From Harriotta raleighana (taxonomy: Eukaryota), in the NCBI GenBank assembly GCA_050575255.1, contig JBNZDD010013697.1, positions 6,511,713 through 6,575,712 of the forward strand: DNA of 64,000 nucleotides, given 5' to 3'. The notes beneath the pieces were generated by a model. The model ran no database searches. It saw only the letters and a program-made list of their open reading frames with translations, and was not told the origin of the DNA. This document shows, piece by piece, positions 13,241 to 25,250 of this stretch (its first letter is position 1; every line of letters begins with the position of its first letter). The translations under genes and the position numbers were made by a program.

Positions 13241-13394
13241 TCAAATACAACAGGAGTGAAAATGCCGGAAAAGAGATTCTGAACGACCAGATCAGAGGAA
13301 TAAAGTTTACTAACTTCTAAGTGGAAACTAACTAGACCCAGTGATGAACTTTATACTTTTATTATATTCCCCACTTAGTGCTTTTTATTTGGCG

Positions 13395-13507
13395 GCTGGT
13401 GCTGATTGGAATTGAGAGACTCGGTAGATTTTTCCCTTTTATCCACCGGGGCCATTAGAGGGCCCTCAAAATCACTCAGGCTGAGGTCAGCTAACTCAGC
13501 ACAGACC
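13395..13507 (-). mobile_element. LF-SINE-like fragment
   Basis: Reverse strand ggtctgtgctgagttagctgacctcagcc...gggaaaaatc resembles the recalled LF-SINE motif GGTCTGTGCTGAGTTAGCTGATCTCAGCC...GGGGAAAAATC. Confidence 0.65.
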
Positions 13508-13594
13508 TTCAGAGCAGAGACCTTCTCAATAGGAATTGCTTGATGAATAAGCCTGGTGAGCCACCAGACAACCTGTATTTTAACTGTGTGGCAG

Positions 13595-13826
13595 CTTTTA
13601 AAACAGCAGTCATCATCCCCTCCTCAAAAAACCTTTCCTCAACTCATCCCTGTTCCATAAACACTGTCCCATCTCCAACCTGCTTGTATCTCCAAGGTGC
13701 TGGAATGAACTATTGCTTCCCTTGATCTTTCGATTCTTTATGCTCCCTGTGTTAAACCCCTTCAAATCAGCTTCTGCACACCTCACAGTATTGAGACTGC
13801 CCTCCTGGTCAGTCACAAATGATATT
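13595..13826 (+). mobile_element. L2 RT N-terminal fragment
   Basis: Frameshifted FK.A.I.P.LKKP..PISNL..SKVLE..HSIETAL..VTNDI motifs. Confidence 0.75.
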
Positions 13827-14944
13827 TCAGCCTTTTAATGTCTTGAAGATGGCAAGTTCATATAAATACATAAATTACACACACATACACACACACCACT
13901 CACAGAGTATTGTGAAGTTCAAGTCTTGATTCTCAACTCAAGGCAGTCAGTGCTGGTAATGGGGGTGGCACATGCATTAAAGGATTAACAATTGCAATAA
14001 ATAACTGCAAGTTGATCAAGAGATAATCAACAGTTGATCAACAGAGTGAATATGGCCAGATGATAATATTGTATATATCTGTATAATATTGTGTGTTTAG
14101 CTGGTGCAATAAAAAGAATCATGTTACAGTTGAACTTATTTGCAGTGCACTCTGATACCGTAAACAAAAATAAATAGCCATGCAAATGGAAAGACATTCC
14201 TAATAGAGACTTAATCATATAACCAGTCTAACTATATGGGGGGGGTAATAAAAAATTTTGGTCTAAAAGCTCTCACAGGAATGTAAATGAAAGCTTGGAA
14301 CAAACCAAAACGGTGCTCAGAAACAGCTTTGGAATCTGTATACTGTATTATTGTACAGATTGTTTCAGCAAAAATGCAGCAAATTGAACAATAATTTAGA
14401 ATGACAAGTTTTCCCTTTAAAGTACTCAGACTTGATTTGAATAGGGAAACAAAAATCAAGCCCATTAATTAAATGGGAAGATAGTTTCAATAATTCCCTT
14501 AGCCTTTCCCCAACTCCCTACCTTACTTTTATTTATAACAGTGCTTTTCATTTATAGCAGTCCAGTATTCATACAACAAAATATTAGCATTTTATTCTTT
14601 GCATCATGGCTGTTTCTGTAGCTTTAAATGTGCTACTCATGATTAATTTCCGGTTGCTTCAGCAATTCCTGCTGTAAATCCCAGCCCTAGAACAATTTCC
14701 TGTGGTATGTCTACCTGATCATCCCCCAATAGGAACAAGGCTTTCAAAGTGGTCTGATCATTTCTTAAGTAACAAGCAAATACCATAAAAGCTTATAGCA
14801 TCTGCCACCAAGATAAATTCATCATCTGACCTCAGGCCATTTAATCTATTCTGCAATACCTTCTATGAGAAAGATACAGATACTTCAGTTTTTCTTTTGG
14901 TTCTGACATGCCTCTAAAATTCCACATTTGCTGTATTTGGCTGT

Positions 14945-15245
14945 GGAGTCATGTAGCTCAGTGGATAGAGCACTCGCCTTGCAAGCAGGAGACTCGGGCT
15001 TGATTCCCGGCCGGGCGAAACCATGGGCAAGTTTCCTTATTCCACAAGTCCTGATAATAATCCCTCAAAAAAAATTAAAAATTGGTCTTTTCAATCCATG
15101 ACTGTTTGTGGGACACTGCTGTGTACAATTGGCTGCTGCATTTTGTCTACAATATATACAGTCAGTTCACTTTACAGTATTTTGTGAAGTGCTTTGAGAA
15201 GACATGAAAAGCGCTATATCAAATGCAAGGATTATTATTATTATT
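14945..15245 (+). mobile_element. tRNA-headed SINE, full length (short subfamily)
   Basis: A-box tagctcagtgg, anticodon-like loop cttgcaa, B-box-like gcttgattccc, Deu-like core, tail aagcgctatatcaaatgcaagg(att)n. Confidence 0.9.
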
Positions 15246-15324
15246 GATTAGTCAGATGTGGCATTCTGCATCAGGCTGAACACTGACCACTCACAGGTAT
15301 AAGTTACACATAGTTACAATAATT

Positions 15325-15740
15325 ATGATAATTCTTGCCATTTAATATAGTGCTTTTGCGTGTTGGCAAGACGTTTCAAAGTACTTCCCAGGATTTACTG
15401 TGACCTGCAGTGACTGCGTATTTTGTAAACGAATGTGGCAGTCAATTTGCACACAGCAATGACCCACTCACAATCAAAATGTACAACCAATTTTAATGTT
15501 GGCAGGGCACCAAGAGAAACTGTCTTATCCTTTTGAAAACTGCCATGAAATCATTAACATCCAGCTAAACAGGCAGACGGACCTTGGTTTAATGTCTCAG
15601 CTGAAGGATGGCATCTCTAGCTACAGAACACACCATAGTATTGCACTGGACTGTCAGCTAAGGTGAGTTCAAAGTCCTAATGTGGGGCTTGAACTTATGA
15701 CCTTCAGAGGCAAGAGAGCTATTAAATGAGCCAAGCTGAC
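15325..15740 (-). mobile_element. Old Deu-domain SINE
   Basis: Reverse Deu motifs ggtttaatgtctca..gaaggatggcatct..ttgcactggactgtcagc and head gagccaagctga. Confidence 0.7.
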
Positions 15741-17039
15741 AGTTGATTGTTTAAATTATCACTGGCAGGGACTTGAGTTTAATGATTGGTTAGGATAAAG
15801 CGCAATAACCATAAAAAGACTTACAGTACTAGGAATCAGAAAAAGAGCTAGTGATTTCATAGCCTATCGGACCTTTCGAATTCTGAAGTGCTTATAGCAG
15901 TGAGGGGGAATGAGGGGGAGTTGCAATCCTTCCATTATTAGTTAGTGCCAATATCCGGAATTTTGTACAACTACATTTGTTTCTATTATAATCTGGCATT
16001 CATCCAAGTAATGGTACACCATTAATTTACTGAAATTTGATCTAAACATTTGAGTCCTGGTAGTAATAACTAAAGTGCTAATACATCAGAATTTATTAAA
16101 TGTAAAGCAATGAAGCCCAAAGGAAATTTGTAGCTCAAGTACATTATTATCTATCTCCCTCATCAGCTAAGTATTAGCAATCTATTCCAGGTTGGTTGAC
16201 TGTAGCCCCCCACCCTCACCCACTCAACACCTCTGTGTTCCGGTCATATTCTACTCCTATGGCCTGTGTGTTTATCATGTGTGATCTAATGGGCATTTGA
16301 GAGGGATGGAAAAGCTACAAACTAAACTGATTTGTAGGTTAGATTTGCTCAGAAATCTGCTTTTGATTCCAGACACACATGAAATCCTTGCCAAAAAGAA
16401 AACAATGTTAATTATTAGTCAAACACATCTGCCTTTAATCCATCCTATTGATACATGAAGCTCCACTTACTGTTCATCGCAATGCTCTTCACATTCTAGC
16501 GACTTTGAAGTCATGACTTCAATCATGTCTGGAAGGCTCTTATTACTAACCATACTCTTCATACTGATTCGAGATCAGGTACTGATTACTTCATTTCTCA
16601 CTTCTCATGTCTCTAATCAAACATTCTCTCAACAACAGACATGTGAGATCTTGTCCGTTTTGCCTTTTCCGTCTACCAAACAGCTAATGCACTTGTATGT
16701 GATTCATGCATTGTACAAAAGTTTTTAAACATTTTTTCCAACTGTTTCATCTCATAAGAACCCAATCAAATCTGCTCCATGTTTTGTTTGAAACTATATT
16801 TAGCCTTCATTGGAAATGAGAGTACTGTACAGTATTAAAAATTGCATTTACACAGATCCCTTCATGTCGAGAGGGCATTTCGAGGAGCTGTGGAGTCGAG
16901 GGTTTACATATGTGTTGGGGATGTATTCGGGAAGGGTGGGGGCCATGGGGGTCTTGAGTGTATGGTGGTAGTGGGGGGAAGATGACTGAAGAGGTGGTTA
17001 ATGAGGAATGATTATCTTGAATTCAATCCTCTGAGAGAT

Positions 17040-17102
17040 AATAATAATAATCCTTGCATTTGATATAGCGCTTTTCACATCTTATCAACGTCCCAAAGCG
17101 CT
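17040..17102 (-). mobile_element. SINE tail truncated at an assembly N (17103)
   Basis: (aat)n ccttgcatttgatatagcgcttttcacatc ends at the n. Confidence 0.75.
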
Positions 17103-17124
17103 NATGAAGATGACAATATCAAAA

Positions 17125-17375
17125 TATAATAATCCTTGAATTTATTACAGCAATTTTTCACGTAGGACATATTATGGAGTGATGTATCTGTGTGTATTTT
17201 TTTGTGGGCCAACACAGCAAATAAATTGTGCACTTTAATGTCCTACAAAGCAGCCATGAATGACCAACTTTATTATTTGGCCAGGACACCAGGAGAAACT
17301 CGCTTCACTATTCAAATAGTGCTAAGGGAACTGAACAGGAAGATGGGATCTCGGTTTGATGTCTAATCTAAAGGA
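17125..17375 (-). mobile_element. Old Deu-domain SINE fragment
   Basis: ttggccaggacaccaggagaaact..aatagtgc..tcggtttgatgtct. Confidence 0.7.
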
Positions 17376-17376
17376 C

Positions 17377-17655
17377 AATAACAATAAAATTACATTTATA
17401 GAACGCCTTTCACATCAGGAGGACTTCCCATCAAGAGGACGTCCCAAGCCGCTGAACAGTCAGGGATCGGGACCTGAGCAAGGCAGGGTGGGGGGGGGAA
17501 GGAGTGAGTTGGGAGGGCGGCAGAAGGCATGATCGAAGAGGAGGGGCTTGAGACTGGCCTTGAAGAAGGCAAGGGAGGAAGCGAGGCGAAGGGGCTGTGG
17601 GATGGAGTACCAGAATGTGGGAGCAGAGAGGCTGAAAGACAACACCTCCAACAAT
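17377..17655 (-). mobile_element. L2 3' end
   Basis: FSLSAPTFWYSIPQPLRLASSLAFFKASLKPLLF followed by a class A tail. Confidence 0.85.
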
Positions 17656-17840
17656 GAACTGGAATGTCAGCCTAAACTGTGAGAATACGCGGTTTGGTTA
17701 CTTAACAGCATTATAAAGGGCTTTGAGATGTCCTCGCCATATAGAATGCATTTTCATGAATGTAAATTGTATCATATGCTACTGATTGCATTGGAAGTTA
17801 ATCACTTACTTAAAAACTCCAGCTACTGTAATAATAATCC

Positions 17841-18057
17841 AATTAATTGTATATTTGTGGGCGAATCGCGGCAGCCAATTGCGCATAGCAGTATCCCACA
17901 AACAGTCATGGAATGAAATGACCAATTCTATCATTGTGTTTTTTTGGTGACGGATCATTATTAGGCATGTGGAGTAAGGTAACTTGCCCAAGGTTTCACC
18001 CTAATCTGCCTGGATTCGAACATAGGTCTCACACTTTCAGGTGAGTGCTCTAACCAC
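17841..18057 (-). mobile_element. tRNA-headed SINE (short subfamily), lacking tail
   Basis: Reverse strand has head gtggttagagcactc..gttcgaatcc and the core. Confidence 0.8.
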
Positions 18058-20099
18058 CTACACATTCTGATGAACACTTTTCCTTGCACTATGCCCATGT
18101 TGTTCAATAAACAGGCAGTCCCAAATTTCTGGAAACCATATGTATCAATTTGCCTCAGGTAAGGGCTTCCATCTGGGAGATTCTTTCAGAATCCGTGGTG
18201 GTACTTCCTCTCTATCTGTGGTTACTTACCTTAATAGAAAACCGGAAGGGAAATTCTGTGTATGTGTGGGGGTGGGGGAGGATTTGATTGTTTCAAACGA
18301 GGGAAAATGATCCAGGTCTGTTTCACATTTACATTGTGATCTAAATGGCCTCATTATTTTTCAGAAAATTCTAAACCAACCATGTAACGGGCCAATAAAA
18401 TGAACTTGATCCTCCTTTGGCTTGATCATAATTACTCTCCCTCAGGAATTCCCCCGCTCCTATTGTGCTTCATCCAACAGCCAGCAGGTTGGAGCAGACC
18501 ACCAGGATCATAGCCACAATACAACTCTCTCAAGATGTTTTGCCTGGGGTAGGACTGCTCCTGACGGCTGTCTCATCCCACCCCCTCTGACTCAGCCCTC
18601 ACTTCCGAGTCCCACCTGGAACCTCAGGCAAGAAATGACAAACGTGGCCAATAAAAGCACGAAAGTTCCTATCTGACACATTCAGAAACCCATCACCATT
18701 CTTGAAGAGTATCCAAACAAAACTGCCGTACAACCCTGCCACTTACAATGTTTCGAGGGGTTATCCTGTGTAAAAGATGCTTTAGAAATGGAAGGTGGTG
18801 GTGTTGTGACAAACCACAATCATATGCGTTTCCGATGTTATTGTTTAGCAGTATATTTTACAGGTGACACTACGTATCGAATGGTAAAAGAACTCTCATG
18901 TTGAATGGGCTGGTTTTGTGGAAAAAGGTCACCCTTGCCCTCAGCCAGCTTTGTGGTAGTTGTTTCAATTGTTTGTTGCTGGAAGGCACCTGGCACTCCG
19001 CTGACAGCTGCTCTCTCTGTACAGTGGGTGTTGGTGTACGTCCTCCCAGCCACAGTTCGCCCATAATGGCCCTGGAGGACTCATGTCTACATAGTCATCC
19101 CAGATATAGAATCACAGCGCACTTTTCCCTTGGAGTGACTATACATCAGGAGTTTATTAATATAAATGCAAGCTGTTCTCATTTTGTTGGTAGTGCTTTG
19201 AAATGTTCATCTTATTTCAAAGGCATTATATAAGTCCAAATTGCATTTTTTCACATGGTAACAGCTCAAATAAACAGCTGAAACATGTTTATGTTAAAAA
19301 AAACACTAATGGTACTGCATAAAACTGCAGTATCCTTCTTTCTCTTAATAATTTCTATCAAAATGTCAGCTGTGTGCTTCAGAATAGAAATGCTTAAATA
19401 ATTCACACTCTTCACCACTGTGATGCACTTAAGATTCAATAAGTTTCAAAAGCTCTTAGTTACCGTTCTCACTTTGTCCATAGATTTCAGCTGCATAAAT
19501 AGTGCAGGATCTCAATAGAGTCAAAGGAAATAGGGAGCAAAAATTCCCCAACTTACACTGGCCTTTCACTGTATAGTTTGGGCAATGTGACACTTGTAAT
19601 AGGATTTCACATTATAAATTCACCTCAGTCATATCAGTCGTTTTACCAACCAGTGGAAAATAATTTTCTGACATAAGAAAATCTGAGAGATGTTCTGCCC
19701 ATTTCTGGTGTGGCTTTAATGCTGTGATACTAATAAATGCATTTGTGTTGCACACAATGTCATTAATAGCAGTCATTAAATTTTCATCAATGTGAATTTG
19801 TGTGGCCATAGAACCTTGTGACTGTTGATAAACACCTTGCCTGTTATGTAACTCATGGACTTTTTTTTTTGCAGCTTTCCATGCCTCCTGATCTGTGGCA
19901 TGATTGCTATCCTCCTAACTTAACTTGATGCTCAGAGCACTTCAGCGTACAAGCTCTCAGCCCAAACCACTCATCTTCTGTCTTGTGAATAGTCCTCAAG
20001 TTTAAAGAAATCACTGCAGTGACTCTATGCATAGGAGTAAATGCATATTCCCTTTATAATTTTTTTTGGGGTAAATATGTAAATTTGGTCTTCATGTTG

Positions 20100-20735
20100 A
20101 TCATGTCCAGGCTTGATTACACCAATGCTTTGCTTGTCAGACTCCTCAGCTTTTTCCTACACAATCTGCAGACTATTCAGAATTCTGTAGCCCGTGTCCT
20201 TTCCTGAATCAGGTAGACCCAATGAGCTTATCACCTCCATCCTCATTCACTTCCATAGGCTCTGCACCCCCAGAAGATCAACAAAACAACAAAAAAAATT
20301 ACATTCATATAGTGCCTTTCACATCGGAAGGATGTCCCTGGATGAAAATACTAGTTTTCACCTTTAAATCCCCTCAGTCTTGCCCACCCTAGCTCTACAA
20401 CCTCTCCAAATCCTACTGACGCAGCCAGTCCCTTAGCTCAGCAGACACCAGCCTATCTCATGTCACCTGCACTACCTGCCCCAACATTGCCAGGTGGTAT
20501 TTCAGCTGATCTGTTCCCACTCTCTCAAATTCAATCCTGGAACTCTTCCAACTCACTCCCTCTCCTCATTCAAGATCCTTTCAAGACCTACATGTATGAC
20601 CACATTTTCAGTCATCCTTCCTCTCTTCACTCCTCGGCTCTCACTCCAGTTCAGGTTCCACGGATTATCATTTTGTGTCTTGGGAATTATTCCCAATTTG
20701 AAAGGTATTATATAGATGTAAATTTATATTGCATT
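20100..20735 (+). mobile_element. L2 3' fragment with a nested antisense L2 tail (20280-20338)
   Basis: SRLDYTNALL..LHNLQTIQNSVARVL; degraded tail at 20675-20735. Confidence 0.8.
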
Positions 20736-20770
20736 GCTGTATGTTACAACATCAATAACTTGTATCTATA

Positions 20771-21459
20771 CAGGCAGTCCTCAAGTTACCTCAGGGTTAG
20801 GTTCCTAAAATGTGGTGTAAGTCGAATTTGTATGTAAGTCGAGTCACCCCCCTATAATGCTTACAGTAACATACAGTGATTGGTTGTAGTGTATAGTGGG
20901 CTGCTCTCTACCAATACTAGTGGCCAAATTACCTCTATTATAACTCTTAATTATTGCAACTTTCTCATCCATTGTAATAGCCTTTCTCTTTCTGGTTCAT
21001 TCACCATCACTTGTATTACTTTTACGCTTAGGAGCCATAATTAAGGGTAGGCAAATAAAGGTAAGAATTACACCAAACACAGGAGACCACACGCGACGTA
21101 GTGCAACGCAGGAGATCACATGTGACGTAGCGCAACGCAGGAGATCACATGCGACGTAGCGCACCATCTAAAGGCTGGAGAGTACTGTACCGCCGAGCTC
21201 ACAGACTCACACAGTACCTGTACAGTACACACTCGCGTCTCGCCTCCATCCTGTTCCTGTCCTGAACGCGTATCGTGGTCCCGTAAGTGTTGAGAGCGGC
21301 GACTCCAGTTTTCTATCGCGCGTGGGGCAACTAAAGTATTCACATAATAGTGTCGTAACTTCGAGACTTTGGATGTAACTCGGACGTAATTTTACTGATA
21401 TTAAGTGTCGTAACTTCGAATTGTCGTACCTCGGAACGTCGTAACTTGAGGACTGCCTG
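20771..21459. mobile_element. TcMar-Tigger-like MITE, 689 bp
   Basis: Perfect 19-bp TIR caggcagtcctcaagttac / gtaacttgaggactgcctg; TA TSD at 20769-20770 and 21460-21461; subterminal gtcgtaacttcga repeats. Confidence 0.9.
21080..21163 (+). repeat. 29-bp tandem repeat, ~2.9 copies, inside the MITE
   Basis: Units caggagaycacaygygacgtagygcaacg start at 21080, 21109 and 21138. Confidence 0.9.
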
Positions 21460-22959
21460 TATAGCGCCCTTCATGCAGGATAGTATCTCGGAGAGCTGAG
21501 GTAGCAACAATTCATCTCTGTCCCATCCACCACAAACAAAATATCAGGGGAATGTAGACATTTTATTTAAACTTGCATTTAATATGACCGACATATGGCA
21601 GTGACACGGCTATTTACACCTGTAGGTTATGATAGCTTGTTGCACATAGTGTTTTACCTTGAGCAGAAAAATGCTTAAATTGATCTCCTTTTCACTCCCA
21701 ATACAAAAAAGTAAAACTATATCAAAGTTTTCCAATAAATTATTAGATTAATTTCCGAATACTGTACCCTCAAATGATAATGCCTGCATGCACAGTGCTA
21801 ACATGGGAGGTCCACCATGGCTCTATCCCAGCAGTGAGATTGGGCACCAGTCCAACTTCCCACAGGCATATCACAAAATAGTATTGTGCAACATGCACAA
21901 GCCAAAGACTACTACAATGTTTCCTTGCAAACCATCTGCATTCAATCCACTCAGCAGAAGGCCACACATTGAACATTCAAAAACCCTAATCCGCTACTGG
22001 CCTTAAACCTCAACATTAGAATACAATGTTAGCACAAAGTGAAGCACTGCTCAGTGTTGAAATTGGAATGAAAAGATGTCATGATTATACAGAGGAGTCA
22101 TGTGTTCACAAAGATTACTGAACGTCAATGTTGTGTGAGTCAATTTGTACGAACGTCGTTTCTAACAGCAAATGGTACACTTTGGTGTGAACTTCAAGGG
22201 ATGTGCGGATATACTGATAATATTCAGCAAGCTGATATTTTATTTGTTACATCCCACATATCTGGTTCTAGATCTTCTCTCCACCTTATAGTTTTACAAT
22301 ATAAACAGCAAAGGATTTTCAATTTCAATTGGATCATTTTATAGAAGCCTAATTTCGAGGCATTACCTACAATGATTTTGCTTGCCAGGGTAATGATTAT
22401 TTGTAGTTTTAATGGTTTGCAAAAAGTAATTCCGAAGACCTATTTTGCAAACACGTTCATTTTTGGCTTGCATCATGCAAGGTAACCCCTCAAGCCAGAT
22501 TAAAGAAATGGAAAAACTTGGCAGTGAAGCTACCTTTGGCTCATTTCGCGTGAATGAGCTTGTAAACGTTGAATGCTGATGATTTGCTAGTTTCTTCTCC
22601 AGATTGGATTTTGCTGCTTCACATGAGCATTTATTAGCTAGAAAATAATTTCATTTCTCTGTTGTTTTTGCACAATGTAACATATTGTGGGGTTTACACT
22701 TGCGGGAATAATTAGTTCAGAGATTGCACAATGTCATTCTAGAGATTGCTATTTAAATGCATTTGATGTTTATCTGGGTCAGTCTGTTCTGAACGCAGAT
22801 CATTAAATAAAGGCCATGGCTGAACAGAGTGATCCAATTGAATTTTGCCTTCTCCAAGTAAGAAATTAAACAAAATTAATTGCAGGATGAAACGTAAAAA
22901 CATCACTTATTTTGAAAGAAAAAATAATGTGTAAACCCAGCTTGGAACTAGATGTCTGA

Positions 22960-23457
22960 GTGCCTTTGCCACCATTTCTCCCTCCTTGTCCTCCTTGATT
23001 TCCCCCTTGTCCTCCTTTCTCCGCCCTTTCTCCGTCCTTTTTCCTCCCTGATTTTACCCCACCCGCTTTTTCCTCCGTCTCCCCCCTTGTCCCTTTTTCC
23101 CCCTTTCTTCCCTGGCCCCATTTCCGTGTGTGTTTGTGGGACACTGCTGTGCGCAATCTGGCTGCCGCGTTTCTCCCCAGATATACACCTGGTTTTCCTT
23201 CTCTCTTCCTCCTACGCCAACCCCTCCCCTTGCCCTCTTTCCCCCTTTCATCCCTGGCCCTCTCGCTTCCATGACTGTTTGTGGGACACTGCTGTGCGCA
23301 ATTTGGCTGCCGCGTTTTGCCCACAAATATACAGTCAGTATTTTCCTGCTTTTCTTCCCCCGACCCCTCCCCCCACTTGACTGTACAGCGCCTTGGGACG
23401 TCCTCCTGACGTGAAAGGCGCTATATAAATACAATAAATAAATAAATAAAAATAAAT
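22960..23457 (+). mobile_element. Mosaic retroelement with two tandem [CT-rich + Deu core] units + L2 tail + (AAAT)n
   Basis: Cores start at ~23122 and ~23267 (145-bp period); same 3' junction gacccctccccc..cttgactgtacagcgccttgggacg as 4323-4607. Confidence 0.75.
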
Positions 23458-24317
23458 CACCCACATAATTGGAAAGTGTCAAGATTGTAACAGCAAATGC
23501 AACAAGGGCTGAACCAAAGTGTCTACAACAAACCCTTAATAGATTTGGAACCCACATGATCATCCCACTGGACACTGAGGACAGGTTTGCAACAATGTTC
23601 AAATACAAGTGTGATTGTGGAGACCACCTCTGGTGTTTCAGCCAATGCTACCCTGGCAAATAAATCAAACATATGGCCCTTATCGTATGCAATCATGCTG
23701 ATCTCCTTTAATCTGAAATTGATCAAGTTTGGCATGTTGTTTAGGCCCCATGTCGACTTTTATCAATTGAGTCCAATCTTTATTAAATTAAAGAAGACAG
23801 CTTGCAATTCGGGGTTTTTACTCCAGCTGAAATTCAATCGTATCTAGATATGTTCAGCTCACAAGGCAATTCCGCCACTTAATGCTATGCGCAAAATGAG
23901 CAGGAATTTTCTCATTGTGTGTTCCCTCAATCTTAACTCCCTTGACTGTAACAGCAGACAATCCAGTGCATCACAATCAGGGATCAGGGATTAGTTGCTC
24001 AGACTTGATTTTCAAGCTGCATACTTTTCACAATAAGTATCTCATTGGCCACAAATAAGACTTTTTTTTTAATAACTGGTATTATCTGAGTGGCGCCATT
24101 CAAAATCTTCCTTGCATCAGACATATCACCATGCCAACAGTTAAGCTTCTCATTTCACAGCCTCTTTAAAATTCTTCCCGGATTCATCCGAGGAAGTGCT
24201 CTGATTACAAATGCAGATAAGTATTCAAACAGCACATGGACAGGTATAGCTAATATACCTTCACAACTGAAGGTAACTGTAAACAACATGAATTAATCCA
24301 TTGATTTTAAACAATTA

Positions 24318-24395
24318 TACAATAATGCTTACATTTGATATTGCACCTTTCACATCAGGGAGATGTCTCAAAGTGCTTCACAGGATTCATTGTGA
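24318..24395 (-). mobile_element. SINE tail, old
   Basis: aataatgcttacatttgatattgcacctttcacatc..tctcaaagtgcttcacagg. Confidence 0.65.
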
Positions 24396-24396
24396 A

Positions 24397-24497
24397 TCAA
24401 TCAATCAAAATTCCATTTACATAGCGCCTTTCACGTCGGGAGGACGTCCCAAGGCACTGTACAGTCAAGTAGGGAATCAGAGCGGGGGGGAGGGGTC
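24397..24497 (-). mobile_element. 3' end of the mosaic family, with (GATT)n tail
   Basis: Reverse strand gacccctcccccccgctctgattccctacttgactgtacagtgccttgggacg closely matches 4502-4607. Confidence 0.8.
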
Positions 24498-24641
24498 ATG
24501 TATAGTAACTGCATTTTTCTGGCGAACAAGTATATGCAATATGTAAATCACTTACGAGTTTGCCTGCAGATGTACAATAAGTCCCGTGAACCATTTTGGT
24601 GTGTCTCACGGATGTGCTTGATATCGAAAGCAAGGATTATT

Positions 24642-24712
24642 TCAGCGCCTTGGGATGTCCTTCCAATGTGAAAGGCGCTCTAGAAATGTAATTTTGTTTT
24701 TGTTGTTTGTTA
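24642..24712 (+). mobile_element. L2 3' tail only (class A)
   Basis: cagcgccttgggatgtccttccaatgtgaaaggcgctctagaaatgtaattttg. Confidence 0.8.
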
Positions 24713-25027
24713 TTATTTATTATAAATTATTGAACCTTCACATAGTGTTATTGGTTGGATGTCCAATGACCATTTTCCTTAACCTTTTTTCTATGTTCAG
24801 TGAAATATGGAAAGAATATAATCACTTTAATTATTATTCTAAGATTATTATCAAAATACAATTATAATTATTATAGATTATTTTAAAATTATAATTAAAG
24901 TGGGAACCCTGAATATACTTCACAGTGTTGTTGCAGTGACTGTTATATGGATCATTGCTGTCTCCTATTCTATTAAAACCTTTTCTTTCTAATCCCATGC
25001 CCATAATAATAATAATATCTGTGATTA

Positions 25028-25250
25028 TTCAGGTGGATGTTACTACTATGGCATTATTCGAAAAGAAGAGGAGTTTCTTCTGGTGTCCTTGGCAACAATC
25101 TGCTGGATAAAATTGGTCATTCACATCATGGCTGTTTGTGGGACATCGCTGAGCACAAACTGACTGCCACATTTGTCCAATAAAGTATGCAATCACTATA
25201 CTTTAAGAGAATCCTGTGAAGCTCCTTAAGATGTTCTCCCAATGTGAAAG
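25028..25250 (+). mobile_element. Deu-domain SINE 3' half
   Basis: caggtggatgt..atggcattattcgaaaagaagagg..ggtgtcc..ggctgtttgtggga. Confidence 0.7.

Noticed and set aside
14945-15020. Apparent tRNA gene (also at 37070, 39894, 40831, 4990 and 10960)
   Set aside because: These are SINE heads: no acceptor stem, the anticodon varies between copies (TGC, TAT, TAC), and each is followed by the SINE body.
21080-21163. CRISPR-like 29-bp repeats
   Set aside because: Head-to-tail tandem units with no spacers, inside a eukaryotic MITE.
22866-23608. Overlapping 142-184 aa G/R/K- or P/F-rich ORFs
   Set aside because: They arise from purine/pyrimidine tracts that lack stop codons.
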